Notes: a model not told the origin generated them from the sequence alone. A stretch of DNA of 64,000 bases from an uncultured Actinomycetota bacterium (GCA_963815615.1 CAWFHF010000006.1:135870-199869), one strand, 5' to 3'. Shown: positions 39,007 through 48,590, counted from the stretch's first letter. Numbers and translations are program-made.

Positions 39007-39543
39007 ATGCAGGTGCGACCCGTGACCTGGCGGACCTGGGACCCCTTCACCGCCCTGGCCAAGCTGGACCGCGACCTCGACGAGGTCGCCCGCCGCAGCG
39101 GGCTGGGCGGGGGGCAGGTCGCTCCCACGTTCGTCCCGGCCGTCGAGGTGGTCCGGGACGGGCAGGACGTCGTCGTCCGGTTCGAGCTGCCGGGCATGGC
39201 AGCCGACGACATCGCGATCGAGGTCGAGCGCGGCAGGCTGGTGGTCAGCGGCGAGCGGTCCGCGCCGCCGGTGCGCGAGGACGACGACTCCCGCGTCCTG
39301 GTCCGCGAGCTGCGCTACGGCGCGTTCCGCCGGGAGTTCGCGCTGCCGCAGGGCATCAGCCCCGAGCAGGTCGAGGCCTCCTACGACGCCGGCATGCTCG
39401 ACGTCCGCGTGCGGGCCGTCGTCCAGCCCACCCCGACGCCGGTCCGCGTGCCGGTGACCGCCGGAGCCCGCGAGCAGGCCCCGGTGGTCGAGCACGACGC
39501 GCCGGCCGCCGTCGAGAGCGGCGAGCGGGAGAGCGTCGCGTAG
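39007..39543 (+). CDS. Hsp20/alpha-crystallin family small heat-shock protein
   Basis: ATG at 39007 in ORF 38920..39543. Contains VPAVEVVRDGQDVVVRFELPGM..IEVERGRLVVSGER..FRREFALP..ASYDAGMLDVRV. Confidence 0.9.
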   Translation: MQVRPVTWRTWDPFTALAKLDRDLDEVARRSGLGGGQVAPTFVPAVEVVRDGQDVVVRFELPGMAADDIAIEVERGRLVVSGERSAPPVREDDDSRVLVRELRYGAFRREFALPQGISPEQVEASYDAGMLDVRVRAVVQPTPTPVRVPVTAGAREQAPVVEHDAPAAVESGERESVA

Positions 39544-39546
39544 CGG

Positions 39547-40146
39547 TCAGTCGACGCGGACGCCGCCGCGCAGCCAGTCGCGGCCGGCGTCGACCGGGGG
39601 CCGGTCCCGCCGCAGGCGCGGCAGGGGCCGGCCCCCGCGCATGCCCAGCACGACCAGCTGCCCGACGCCGGCGGCCACCAGGACGTCGCCGGGGCTCACC
39701 ACCTGCGGCAGCCGGGGGAGCGGCACCGGGACGACGTCGGCCAGCGCGGGCAGCACGGTGGCGTCGTCGAGCAGCTCGTGGCGCGGGTCCTGGCCCGCCA
39801 CGATCGCCTGCGTGGTCACCCCGGCGCGGGCAGCGGCGTCCAGCGACACGGGCATCGCGCCGTTGACCCCGACGACGAGCGCGTTCGCCACCACGCCCAG
39901 GCCCACCAGCCCGGTGCCGCGCACGCCGCGGCTGCCCAGCAGGAAGGCGACCGCGAGGACCGCGCTGACCGCCAGGCCCGCCGGGTAGGCGGGCCCGCCG
40001 GCGAGGGTGCCGGCCACCTGCGCGAGCAGCGCCGCGGCGACGAGCCACCGGCGGCGCAGCGGGAGGTCCCCCAGCCGCTCCAACGAGCCGCCGAGCACCC
40101 AGCCGAGGACCAGCGCGCAGGCCAGCACCACCAGGACCAGGGACAC
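39547..40146 (-). CDS. DUF5317-like integral membrane protein
   Basis: C-terminal part of ORF 39547..41091 with TM helices plus ANALVVGVNGAMPV and VVSPGDVLVAAG. GTG at 40146 is preferred over ATG at 40179. Confidence 0.55.
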   Translation of the reverse strand: MSLVLVVLACALVLGWVLGGSLERLGDLPLRRRWLVAAALLAQVAGTLAGGPAYPAGLAVSAVLAVAFLLGSRGVRGTGLVGLGVVANALVVGVNGAMPVSLDAAARAGVTTQAIVAGQDPRHELLDDATVLPALADVVPVPLPRLPQVVSPGDVLVAAGVGQLVVLGMRGGRPLPRLRRDRPPVDAGRDWLRGGVRVD

Positions 40147-40177
40147 GCCCTGCAGTGTGGTCGATACCGTCGCTCCC

Positions 40178-40936
40178 ATGAGCGACCTCGCCGTCACCCG
40201 CGGCCCCGTCCTGCGCCTGCACATCGACCGGGAGGCCAAGCGCAACGCCCTGAGCAGCGACGTGCTGAGCGGCATGCTGGCCGCCCTGCGGGAGCCGGGG
40301 GAGGCCCGGGTCGTGCTGGTCACCAGCGCCGGCGAGAAGGTGTTCTGCGCCGGGGCGGACCTGGTGCAGATGGCCCCGGACGCGACCGGCCTGGAGGTCC
40401 ACGAGTCGCGCGGGCTGCTGCGCGAGGTGCTGCTGGCCATGCGCGACTGCCCCGTCCCCGTCGTCGCGAGCGTGCAGGGGCTGTGCCTGGCGGGCGGCGT
40501 CGGGCTGGTGATGGGCTGCGACGTCGTCCTGGCCGCCGAGGGAGCGGCCTTCGGGCTGCCGGAGGTCGACCTGGGGCTGTGGCCGTTCATGGTGAGCGCG
40601 CTGCTCGGTCGGCACGTCAGCCCCAAGCGGGCGATGGAGATGATGCTCAGCGGTCGCCGCGTCCCGGCGGCGGAGGCGCTCGAGATGGGGCTGCTGTCGC
40701 GCGTCGTCGCCGACCTGCCCGGCGAGACCGAGGCGCTGGTCGCGGCGCTGGCCGCCAAGCCGCCGGTCGCCGTCCGGCTGGGCAAGCGGGCGTTCGCGGC
40801 GGCGCTGGAGAGCACGCTGGAGGCCGGGCTCGACGCCATGCAGGCGCAGCTGTCGCTGCTGAACACCACCGAGGACGCCGCCGAGGGCGTGGGAGCCTTC
40901 CTGCACAAGCGCAGTCCCGAGTGGAAGGGCCGGTAG
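40178..40936 (+). CDS. Enoyl-CoA hydratase/isomerase (crotonase) family protein
   Basis: ATG at 40178 in ORF 40007..40936. Contains FCAGADL, ASVQGLCLAGGVGL and FGLPEVDLGLWP. Confidence 0.9.
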   Translation: MSDLAVTRGPVLRLHIDREAKRNALSSDVLSGMLAALREPGEARVVLVTSAGEKVFCAGADLVQMAPDATGLEVHESRGLLREVLLAMRDCPVPVVASVQGLCLAGGVGLVMGCDVVLAAEGAAFGLPEVDLGLWPFMVSALLGRHVSPKRAMEMMLSGRRVPAAEALEMGLLSRVVADLPGETEALVAALAAKPPVAVRLGKRAFAAALESTLEAGLDAMQAQLSLLNTTEDAAEGVGAFLHKRSPEWKGR

Positions 40937-42397
40937 ATGTCGGACGAGATGAGGGCCGGGCAGCCGGTCGACCTGCCCGAGACCACCCCGCAGGAGGCGT
41001 CCGACGGTGTCCCGCCCGGGACCGCCTCGCACGACCCCGACCGGCCGCCGGCGCTGCTGGAGCTCATGTCGACGGGCTGGGCGCCGCGCACCGAGGAGCT
41101 GCCCGCCGAGCACCCCGCCGCGCCCCACCGCGCAGCCCGGCGGCGGGCGCTGGCCGAGCGCTTCCCCGGCGAGGTGCTCGTCGTGCCGACCGGCGGCTAC
41201 AAGACGCGCGCCAACGACACCGAGTACCGCTTCCGCCCGGGCACCGAGTTCGCCCACCTGGTCGGCTCGCACGAGCCCGACGCGGTCCTCGTCGTCGACA
41301 GCGACGGCAGCAGCGTGCTGTACCAGGCGCCGTCGATGGACCGGTCCACCCCGGCGTTCTTCACCGACCGCGTCTACGGCGAGCTCTGGGTGGGCCCCCG
41401 CCCGACGCTCGCGGCCACCAGCGCGCTGCTCGGGATCGAGACCCGTCCGCTGGAGGAGCTGACCAAGCTGGGCGGCCCGGCCCGCGTCGTGCGCGGCTAC
41501 GACGCCCGCGTCGAGGGCCTGTTCGACACCGACGAGCAGGCCGACGGGGAGCTCGCGACGTTCCTGTCCGAGCTGCGGCTGGTCAAGGACGCGCACGAGG
41601 TCGCCCAGCTGCAGGACGCCGTCGACGCGACGGTGAAGGGCTTCGAGGACGTCGTGCGGGCGATGCCCCAGGCCGTGCAGACCAGCGAGCGCTGGCTCGA
41701 GGGCGTGTTCGGCCTGCGCGCCCGGGTCGAGGGCAACGACGTCGGCTACGGCAGCATCTGCGCCGCGGGCAGCCACGCCTGCGTCCTGCACTGGACCGAC
41801 AACGACGGCCCCGTGCGCGAGGGCGAGCTGGTCCTGCTCGACATGGGCGTGGAGAACGACGAGCTCTACACCGCCGACGTCACCCGCACCCTGCCGGTCA
41901 GCGGCACGTTCACGCCCCGCCAGCGCGAGGTCTACGACCTGGTCTTCCGGGCCCAGGAGGCCGGCTTCGCCGCCTGCCGGCCCGGCGCGGACTTCCTGGA
42001 CCCGCACCGGGCCTGCATGCGGGTGATCGCCGAGGGCCTGCAGCAGATGGGGGTGCTCGACGACGCCGAGGCGGCGCTCGCCGAGGACGACCAGCGCTAC
42101 CGCCGCTGGACCCTGCACGGCGTCAGCCACATGCTCGGCATCGACGTCCACGACTGCGCCCACGCCCGCGACGAGACCTACCGCAAGGGCACCCTGCAGC
42201 CCGGCTTCGTCCTCACCATCGAGCCGGGGCTGTACTTCCAGCCCGACGACCTCACCGTGCCGGAGGACCTGCGCGGCATCGGCGTGCGGATCGAGGACGA
42301 CGTGCTGGTCACCGAGGACGGCATGGTCAACCTCTCGGCCGCCCTGCCCCGCTCGCCCGACGACGTCGAGGCGTGGATGGCCCGGCTGCGCGCGTAG
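40937..42397 (+). CDS. Xaa-Pro aminopeptidase (M24B, aminopeptidase P family)
   Basis: Intact 486-aa ORF with VLHWTDNDGP, LLDMGVE..YTADVTRT, HGVSHMLGIDVHD and IEPGLY..GIGVRIEDDVLVT. Confidence 0.9.
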   Translation: MSDEMRAGQPVDLPETTPQEASDGVPPGTASHDPDRPPALLELMSTGWAPRTEELPAEHPAAPHRAARRRALAERFPGEVLVVPTGGYKTRANDTEYRFRPGTEFAHLVGSHEPDAVLVVDSDGSSVLYQAPSMDRSTPAFFTDRVYGELWVGPRPTLAATSALLGIETRPLEELTKLGGPARVVRGYDARVEGLFDTDEQADGELATFLSELRLVKDAHEVAQLQDAVDATVKGFEDVVRAMPQAVQTSERWLEGVFGLRARVEGNDVGYGSICAAGSHACVLHWTDNDGPVREGELVLLDMGVENDELYTADVTRTLPVSGTFTPRQREVYDLVFRAQEAGFAACRPGADFLDPHRACMRVIAEGLQQMGVLDDAEAALAEDDQRYRRWTLHGVSHMLGIDVHDCAHARDETYRKGTLQPGFVLTIEPGLYFQPDDLTVPEDLRGIGVRIEDDVLVTEDGMVNLSAALPRSPDDVEAWMARLRA

Positions 42398-42411
42398 GGC
42401 ACCCCGCACGA

Positions 42412-42444
42412 CAGCACCCCCGGTCGGCGCGACCGGGGGTGCTG
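42412..42444. terminator. Hairpin with 14-bp perfect stem (CAGCACCCCCGGTC / GACCGGGGGTGCTG) and 5-nt loop; bidirectional terminator candidate
   Basis: Read directly, between the convergent aminopeptidase and pirin genes. Confidence 0.55.
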
Positions 42445-42457
42445 GCGTGGAAGGGTC

Positions 42458-43459
42458 CTAGCGGCCGGTGTGCGGCATGAGCGCGCCGGCCGGGATCTGG
42501 CCGAAGCGGCCGCTGTTGAAGTCGTCCACGGCCTGCTGCAGCTCGGCGCGGGTGTTCATGACGAACGGGCCGTACTGCACGACGGGCTCGCGGATCGGCT
42601 GACCGCCGAGCACGATGACCTCCAGGGCGCTGTGCCGGCTGTCCTGCTTCGCCGATGCGCTGATCGTCAGGCGGTCGCCGTCGCCGAACACGGCGGTCTG
42701 GCCGGTGGTGACCTTCTGGGCCTGCCCGAAGGCCGCCCCGGCGCCGACGCTGCCGTCGCCGGACAGCACGTAGACGAGCGCGTTGAAGGCCGGGTCCCAC
42801 GGCAGCGACAGCTGGGCGCCGGGGGTGACGGAGGCGTGCATGAGCGTGATGGGCGTGCGGGTGGCGCCGGGACCGCGGACCGCGGTGCCGTCGCCCGCGG
42901 GCAGGTCGCCGGCGATGAGGCGCAGCAGCGAGCCGCCGTCGGCGGAGGCCAGCAGGACGACGTCGCCGCCCTCGAGGTTCTGGTAGGCCGGCGTCGTCAT
43001 CTTGTCCTGCGACGGCAGGTTGACCCAGAGCTGGATGCCGTGGAAGACGCCGCCGCTCTTGACCAGCTCGACCGGCGGGGTCTCGATGTGCAGGATCCCG
43101 CCGCCGGCGGTCATCCACTGCGTGGCGCCGTCGGTGATGAGGCCGCCGCCGCCGTGGCTGTCCTGGTGCTGGAAGGCGCCGTCCATGATGTAGGTGACGG
43201 TCTCGAAGCCGCGGTGCGGGTGCCAGGAGGTGCCCTTGGGCTCGCCCGGCGCGTACTCGACCTCGCCCATCTGGTCCATCATGATGAACGGGTCGAGGAA
43301 GCGCGGCTGGATGCCGGCGAAGGCGCGGCGGACGGGGAAGCCCTCGCCCTCGTAGCCCTGCGGGGCGGTGGTGACGGCGAGGACCGGGCGCTCGACGTCG
43401 CCGAGCCCGGCGGCGGGGACGCGCGGCAGCGCGAGGGTGTCTGCGGTGACGGCGGGCAT
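42458..43459 (-). CDS. Pirin family protein (bicupin)
   Basis: ATG at 43459 in ORF 42458..44629. Contains FPVRRAF, DPFIMMDQMG and HPHRGFETVTYIMDG..HQDS. Confidence 0.9.
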   Translation of the reverse strand: MPAVTADTLALPRVPAAGLGDVERPVLAVTTAPQGYEGEGFPVRRAFAGIQPRFLDPFIMMDQMGEVEYAPGEPKGTSWHPHRGFETVTYIMDGAFQHQDSHGGGGLITDGATQWMTAGGGILHIETPPVELVKSGGVFHGIQLWVNLPSQDKMTTPAYQNLEGGDVVLLASADGGSLLRLIAGDLPAGDGTAVRGPGATRTPITLMHASVTPGAQLSLPWDPAFNALVYVLSGDGSVGAGAAFGQAQKVTTGQTAVFGDGDRLTISASAKQDSRHSALEVIVLGGQPIREPVVQYGPFVMNTRAELQQAVDDFNSGRFGQIPAGALMPHTGR

Positions 43460-43491
43460 GTCGGCCTCCAGGGCTTCCGGGGTGGTGCTTT

Positions 43492-43505
43492 GTTGCTGGT
43501 GCAAC
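43492..43505. promoter_or_regulatory. Palindrome GTTGC-TGGT-GCAAC in the pirin/pilT divergent region (nested in TGCTGG..CCAGCA)
   Basis: Read directly, in a locally low-GC 132-bp divergent intergenic region. Confidence 0.3.
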
Positions 43506-43591
43506 GATCCTGCCAGCAGATCATTCCCGTGTCGAGCAGCACCGCCGACCGTCCGGTCAAGCCCGGGGCCGGTCCTGCCGAACGAGGACTC

Positions 43592-44671
43592 GTGACCACC
43601 TCGATCGAGCCCTTCCTGCGCGCCCTGGTGGAGTGCGGGGGCTCCGACCTGCACGTCAAGGTCGGCTCCCCGCCCCGGGTCCGCATCGACGGGCGGCTGC
43701 GCAAGCTGCAGACCCGCGACCTCACGGCCGCCGACACCGAGCAGATGGTCGAGGAGGTCATGCGCGACGACCTCGCCGAGGAGTTCCTGCGCACCAACGA
43801 GGCCGACTTCGCCTACTCGCTGTCCGGCGTCGGGCGCTTCCGCGTCAACGCCTTCCGCAGCCGCGGCTCGTGCGGCCTGGTCTTCCGCCGCGTCAGCGTC
43901 GGCGCCATCCCGCTGACCGACCTCGGTCTGCCGCCCGTGCTGGCCAGCCTGGCCATGGAGCCGCGCGGCCTGGTGCTGGTCACCGGCCCGACCGGCTCGG
44001 GCAAGACGACGACGCTGGCCGGGATGATCGACCACATCAACTCCTCCAAGGAGTGCCACATCGTCACCATCGAGGACCCCATCGAGGTCCTGCACTTCGA
44101 CAAGCTGGCGATGGTCAACCAGCGCGAGGTGCGGGTCGACACCGAGGACTTCGTGACCGCGATGCGCGCCGCGATGCGCCAGGACCCCGACGTCATCCTG
44201 GTCGGCGAGATGCGCGACCACGAGACCGTCAAGAGCGGCCTCGCCGCCGCCGAGACCGGCCACTTCGTGATGTCGACGCTGCACACCACCGACGCCGCGG
44301 AGACCATCAACCGCGTCATCGACTTCTTCCCGCCGCACGAGCAGAAGCAGGTCCGCCTGGCGCTCGCCGGTGCGCTGCGCGGGATCATCTGCCAGCGCCT
44401 GGTGCCGCGCGCCGACGGCGAGGGCCGCTGCGTCGTCATGGAGATCGCCGTGAACACCGGCCGCATCGCCGACGCCATCATCGACCCCGACAAGACCTCG
44501 ACGATCAGCCAGCTCATCGCCGAGGGCACGTACTACGGCATGCAGACCTTCGACCAGCACCTGGTCTCGTTCATCCGCGACGGCGTGATCACGCTGGAGG
44601 CGGCCATGGCGGCGAGCACCAACCCCCACGACCTCACGGTCGAGCTGCGCCGCCTGGGCCTCGTCGCGTAA
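43592..44671 (+). CDS. pilT: PilT-family type IV pilus retraction (twitching) ATPase, orphan
   Basis: GTG at 43592 in ORF 42470..44671. Contains GGSDLHV, GPTGSGKTTTLA (Walker A), TIEDPIE, DPDVILVGEMRD and HFVMSTLHT. Confidence 0.85.
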   Translation: MTTSIEPFLRALVECGGSDLHVKVGSPPRVRIDGRLRKLQTRDLTAADTEQMVEEVMRDDLAEEFLRTNEADFAYSLSGVGRFRVNAFRSRGSCGLVFRRVSVGAIPLTDLGLPPVLASLAMEPRGLVLVTGPTGSGKTTTLAGMIDHINSSKECHIVTIEDPIEVLHFDKLAMVNQREVRVDTEDFVTAMRAAMRQDPDVILVGEMRDHETVKSGLAAAETGHFVMSTLHTTDAAETINRVIDFFPPHEQKQVRLALAGALRGIICQRLVPRADGEGRCVVMEIAVNTGRIADAIIDPDKTSTISQLIAEGTYYGMQTFDQHLVSFIRDGVITLEAAMAASTNPHDLTVELRRLGLVA

Positions 44672-44677
44672 GGGCGG

Positions 44678-45001
44678 TCAGCGCCCCCCGCACTCCTGCT
44701 CCACGAAGGCGGCGACCGTCGCGTCCAGCCCGTCGTCGGGGCCGGCGCCGCCCTCGAGCTCGCGCAGCGCGGTGACGACGTCCTCGGGCGCCGGCGGCGT
44801 CGCCCCGAGCTGCACCAGGACGCGCCGGCTCGCCGCCCGGACGGCGGCCGCGTCGCCGTCCTCCCGCGCCGCGACCACCGTGCGCAGGTCGTCGCAGAGC
44901 GCGCTGTCCACCCGCGGCCGCCCCTCGGGGTCCGCCGCCCGCTCCTGCTCGCCGCCCCCGCACGCTGTCAGGGCCAGGACCAGCAGCAGCGCCGCCCTCA
45001 C
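44678..45001 (-). CDS. Small lipoprotein, unknown function
   Basis: GTG at 45001 (GTGA overlap with the upstream stop). Lipobox [10 protein letters not shown], with two further Cys. Confidence 0.55.
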   Translation of the reverse strand: MRAALLLVLALTACGGGEQERAADPEGRPRVDSALCDDLRTVVAAREDGDAAAVRAASRRVLVQLGATPPAPEDVVTALRELEGGAGPDDGLDATVAAFVEQECGGR

Positions 45002-45672
45002 GACGCCGCCCGCTCCCCGTGCTCCACGCAGCGCGCCGTCCAGCCGGTGGGGTGGACCTGCACGACCATCCGACGCCGGCACTGCGGGCAGTAGCGGGGC
45101 GGCTCGAGCTCACGGGCGCCCCGGCAGCGGGCGTGGCCCTCGCCGGTCAGCGCCTCGCCGCACTGGTCGCACCACGGCACCAGCGGCAGCGCGTAGGTGA
45201 TCAGGTGCAGGCCCGGCACCGGGTCCCAGTCGAAGGACGGGGTGCGGCTGAACCCCAGGCGCTCGTAGAGCCGGTGCGCGGCGTGCATGTCGAGCTGGCT
45301 GGACAGCCGGACGAGGTGGCAGCCGTCGGCAGCGGCGCGGTCCAGGCAGGCCCGCACCAGCGCCTCGCCGGTCCCGCGACCGCGCCCGGGGGCGGCGACG
45401 ACGAGCATCCGCACCACCGCCTCGCCCGTCGCCGCCTGCTCGGCCCACTCCCCGCCGCGGGTCGCGACGGTCACGGCGCCCAGCAGGGGAGCGTCGTCGC
45501 CCCCGTCGTCCACGGCGACGAGGACGGTCGCGCTCGCCGCCCGGGAGGCGGCGTCGCGCAGCGCGGGCTCGTAGTCGGCGCTGCTGAAGCCCTCGCCGCG
45601 GTAGACGCCGGCCGTCAGGTCGGCGACGGCCGGGAGCTCGGCGGGCAGCACCTCGCGCACACGGGTAGACAC
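44998..45672 (-). CDS. GNAT N-acetyltransferase fused to a C-terminal CxxC..CxxC zinc ribbon
   Basis: GTG at 45672 in ORF 44998..46587. Contains [20 protein letters not shown] (acetyl-CoA site) and HRLYERLGF, then CDQCGE..CPQCRRR. Confidence 0.8.
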   Translation of the reverse strand: MSTRVREVLPAELPAVADLTAGVYRGEGFSSADYEPALRDAASRAASATVLVAVDDGGDDAPLLGAVTVATRGGEWAEQAATGEAVVRMLVVAAPGRGRGTGEALVRACLDRAAADGCHLVRLSSQLDMHAAHRLYERLGFSRTPSFDWDPVPGLHLITYALPLVPWCDQCGEALTGEGHARCRGARELEPPRYCPQCRRRMVVQVHPTGWTARCVEHGERAAS

Positions 45673-45687
45673 GGCAGCGTGTCTACC
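45664..45687. promoter_or_regulatory. Perfect 9-bp inverted repeat GGTAGACAC-N6-GTGTCTACC that contains both divergent GTG start codons
   Basis: Read directly. GTG at 45672 (-) and GTG at 45679 (+) both begin V-S-T. Confidence 0.45.
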
Positions 45688-46539
45688 GCAGCAGGCCTGC
45701 GGCTCCTCGTGCGGGACGTCGTCCGCAGCACGCGCGGCCACGACCTCGCCCTCTACGCCGCCGGCGTCACCCTCTACGCCGCGATCGGCTTCGTGCCGCT
45801 GCTGCTGCTGGCCCTGTACCTGGCCGGGCTGATCGCCGGGGAGTCGACGGTGTCGGGCCTGGCCGACGCGCTGGCCCGGCTGCTGCCGAACGACCTGGGG
45901 GCAGAGGACGCCGGGCAGTTCCTGGCCAAGCAGGGGGCCTCGCTCGGGCTGGTCAACGCGGCCGTCAGCCTGGTGCCGGCCACCCTCTACGGGGAGGGGC
46001 TGGTGCGCGCGTTCGACCGCCTCTCGGAGGCGGGGGAGGCGGGCCGGCGGTCGCTGCGCGGGCGGGCCGGCTCGCTGCTGCTGGTCGCCGCGAGCCCGTT
46101 CCTGCTGCTGCTCGGCCTGACCACCAGCCGCGGGCTGACCGGCGCGCTCGGCGACGGCGTCGGCGCGACGCTGCTCGGCGTCTACGTGGCGTTCCTGGTC
46201 GGCTGGATCAGCATCAGCGTGCTGCTGGTGCTGGTCTACCGCGGGATCGCCCCGGACCGCTGCTGCCTGCGCGCCCTGCTGTGGGGCGCCTTCTCGACCG
46301 GCTCGTTCCTGTCGGGGACGTCGCTGGGCTTCGTGCTGTTCCTGTCGCTCGGCATCGACCTCGGCGGCGCCTACGGCGGCTCGACCGTCCTGGCCACCGG
46401 GGCGGTGGCGCTCGGCTGGCTGCTGCTGCTGCACGGCGTCGTGCTGGTCGGCTACGTGCTCACCCTGCAGCTCGAGGCCCGGCAGGGGCACCCGCTGCAG
46501 GCGGCCACCGGTCCCGAGCTCGTCAAGGACGCTGCGTGA
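45679..46539 (+). CDS. YihY/BrkB (virulence factor BrkB / former RNase BN) family membrane protein
   Basis: GTG at 45679 in ORF 45019..46539. [22 protein letters not shown] and 5-6 TM helices. Confidence 0.75.
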   Translation: MSTAAGLRLLVRDVVRSTRGHDLALYAAGVTLYAAIGFVPLLLLALYLAGLIAGESTVSGLADALARLLPNDLGAEDAGQFLAKQGASLGLVNAAVSLVPATLYGEGLVRAFDRLSEAGEAGRRSLRGRAGSLLLVAASPFLLLLGLTTSRGLTGALGDGVGATLLGVYVAFLVGWISISVLLVLVYRGIAPDRCCLRALLWGAFSTGSFLSGTSLGFVLFLSLGIDLGGAYGGSTVLATGAVALGWLLLLHGVVLVGYVLTLQLEARQGHPLQAATGPELVKDAA

Positions 46540-46567
46540 CCGGCCCGCAGCGGGGTAGGCGCCGGAC

Positions 46568-46663
46568 GTGTTCTTCTTCCTGTCCAACCGTCTCGGTTGC
46601 CTGCCCAGCCTCCTGCTCTCCGTCGTCGTGACGGCGGTGCTGCTCCTGCTGCTGAACCGCTAG
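46568..46663 (+). CDS. Candidate 31-aa single-TM micro-protein ([31 protein letters not shown])
   Basis: Translated by eye; GTG at 46568 and TAG at 46661-46663. It fills an otherwise empty 128-bp gap, and its codon third positions are GC-rich as in real genes. Confidence 0.4.
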   Translation: MFFFLSNRLGCLPSLLLSVVVTAVLLLLLNR

Positions 46664-46667
46664 GGCG

Positions 46668-48308
46668 TCAGGTCGACGACACCGGCTCCGGCAGGTCGGC
46701 CGTCACGCCGGGGTCGCCGATCTCGGCGGTGTAGTCCTCGGTGCGGGTCGTGTCCTCGCCGTCGGGCACCCGTCCGCGCAGCAGGAGCGTGCCGAGGACG
46801 CAGACCACGAGGTTCGCCAGGATCGCCAGGATGCCGGCGTAGATCGTGATCGGGGTGTCGAAGCCCAGGTTGCTGAGCGGGTAGGCCGAGCCGCCGAAGT
46901 GCTCCTTGAGCACCGTGACCTGGCCGTCGGGGCCGAAGGCGCGCTGCGGGATCTGGTACAGCGTGACCGTCCCGACGGCCATGCCGGCGACCCAGCCGGC
47001 GATGAGCGCCCTGCTGTGCAGCCAGCGCGTGTACAGGGCGATCGCGACCGCGGGCAGGGTCTGCAGCATGATCACGCCGCCGAACAGCTGCAGGTCGATG
47101 GAGAACTGCGGGTCGATGAGCAGGATGGCCAGCAGGGCGCCGACCTTGACCACCAGCGAGGCGAGCTTGCTGCTGCGCGCCTCCTGCTTCGGCGTCGCGT
47201 CCTTGTTCAGGTACTCCTTGTAGATGTTGCGGGTCCACAGGTTCGCCGCCGCGATCGACATGATCGCCGCGGGGACGAGGGCGCCGATGCCGATGGCCGC
47301 GAAGGCGACGCCGGCGAACCAGCTCGGGAACTGCTGCTCGAACAGCAGCGGGACGATGGTGTTGCCGTCCGGGCGGCCGTTCTCGCCGGTGATCGGCTTC
47401 ACGCCCGCGGCGATCGCCATGTACCCGAGCAGGGCCAGCAGGCCGAGCACGAAGCTGTAGGCGGGCAGCGCCGCCATGTTCTTCTTGATCGTGTCGCGGC
47501 TGCGCGCGGCGAACACGCCCGTGAGCGAGTGCGGGTAGAGGAACAGCGCCAGCGCCGAGCCGAACGCCAGGGTCGCGTACTGCAGCTGGTTGGTGGCGCC
47601 GAGCAGGATCCCGTCGCCGGGGTTCGGGGAGGCGTCGAACTTGGCCTCTGCGGCGCCGAAGATCTCGTCCCAGCCGCCGAGCTTGACCGGGATGACGATC
47701 ACCGCGGCGATCACGACGATGTAGATCAGCGTGTCCTTGACGAACGCGATGAGCGCCGGCGCGCGCAGCCCGGAGTTGTACGTGTAGGCCGCCAGGATGA
47801 CGAAGGCGACGATGATCGGGATCTCGCCCTCGACGCCCATCGCCTTGAGCACGGCCTCGATGCCGACGAGCTGCAGGGCGATGTAGGGCATCGTCGCGAC
47901 GATGCCGGTGAGCGCGACGAGCAGGGCCAGCGTCGGCGACCCGGAGCGCGCGCGGACGAAGTCGGCCGGCGTCACGAAGCCGTTGACGTGGCTGACCGAC
48001 CACAGCCGGGCCAGCACGAAGAACACGATCGGGTAGACCACGATCGTGTAGGGCAGCGCGAAGAAGCCGAGGGCTCCGGCGCCGAACACCAGCGCGGGGA
48101 CGGCGACGAACGTGTACGCCGTGTAGAGGTCGCCGCCGATGAGGAACCAGGTGATCCAGCCGCCGAAGCTGCGGCCGCCGAGCCCCCACTCGTCGAGGTT
48201 GTCCAGGGTGTCGCCCTTGCGCCAGCGCCCGGCGACGAAGCCCAGCGCGCTGACGGCGACGAACAGCAGCGTGAAGACGACCAGCTCGGTGGTCTGGATG
48301 CCCTCCAC
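46668..48308 (-). CDS. Sodium:solute symporter (SSS) family, monocarboxylate/acetate permease-like (MctC/ActP-like)
   Basis: Intact 546-aa ORF with 13-14 TM helices and an N-terminus typical of SSS. Confidence 0.9.
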   Translation of the reverse strand: MEGIQTTELVVFTLLFVAVSALGFVAGRWRKGDTLDNLDEWGLGGRSFGGWITWFLIGGDLYTAYTFVAVPALVFGAGALGFFALPYTIVVYPIVFFVLARLWSVSHVNGFVTPADFVRARSGSPTLALLVALTGIVATMPYIALQLVGIEAVLKAMGVEGEIPIIVAFVILAAYTYNSGLRAPALIAFVKDTLIYIVVIAAVIVIPVKLGGWDEIFGAAEAKFDASPNPGDGILLGATNQLQYATLAFGSALALFLYPHSLTGVFAARSRDTIKKNMAALPAYSFVLGLLALLGYMAIAAGVKPITGENGRPDGNTIVPLLFEQQFPSWFAGVAFAAIGIGALVPAAIMSIAAANLWTRNIYKEYLNKDATPKQEARSSKLASLVVKVGALLAILLIDPQFSIDLQLFGGVIMLQTLPAVAIALYTRWLHSRALIAGWVAGMAVGTVTLYQIPQRAFGPDGQVTVLKEHFGGSAYPLSNLGFDTPITIYAGILAILANLVVCVLGTLLLRGRVPDGEDTTRTEDYTAEIGDPGVTADLPEPVSST

Positions 48309-48309
48309 G

Positions 48310-48544
48310 TCAGCGCCCGCCCGTCTTGGTCGCGCGGTAGACCGCGTAGGTCGAGGCCACCCCGACGACGACGACGGCCAGCTGGTACCAGTAGAAGAAC
48401 GGGATGCTGAACAGCTCCGGCGTCGCCCGGTTGTAGAGCGGCGGGTACAGCGTCACCAGCAGCGGGAGCAGCAGGAGCCAGTTCCAGGGGCTGCGGTCGG
48501 TGCGGCGCGGCGGGCGGCCGGGTCGTTCGGCGGCGCGTGGTCAT
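48310..48544 (-). pseudogene. DUF3311 small membrane subunit paired with the SSS symporter; frame break near 48520
   Basis: Read by eye: SPWNWLLLLPLLVTLYPPLYNRATPELFSIPFFYWYQLAVVVVGVASTYAVYRATKTGGR*. The stop is 1 nt before the symporter GTG. The only ATG (48544) is in a different frame. Confidence 0.7.
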
Positions 48545-48590
48545 GGCTGCTCCTCGGGCGTCGGGCGGGGCGAGCGCACGCTACGCCCGG

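Noticed and set aside
40177-40180. Divergent genes with overlapping start codons (CCATGA: ATG 40178 on plus, ATG 40179 on minus)
   Set aside because: The minus-strand membrane protein has an in-frame GTG at 40146 directly before its first TM helix. The extra 11 residues are not needed and would leave no promoter space.
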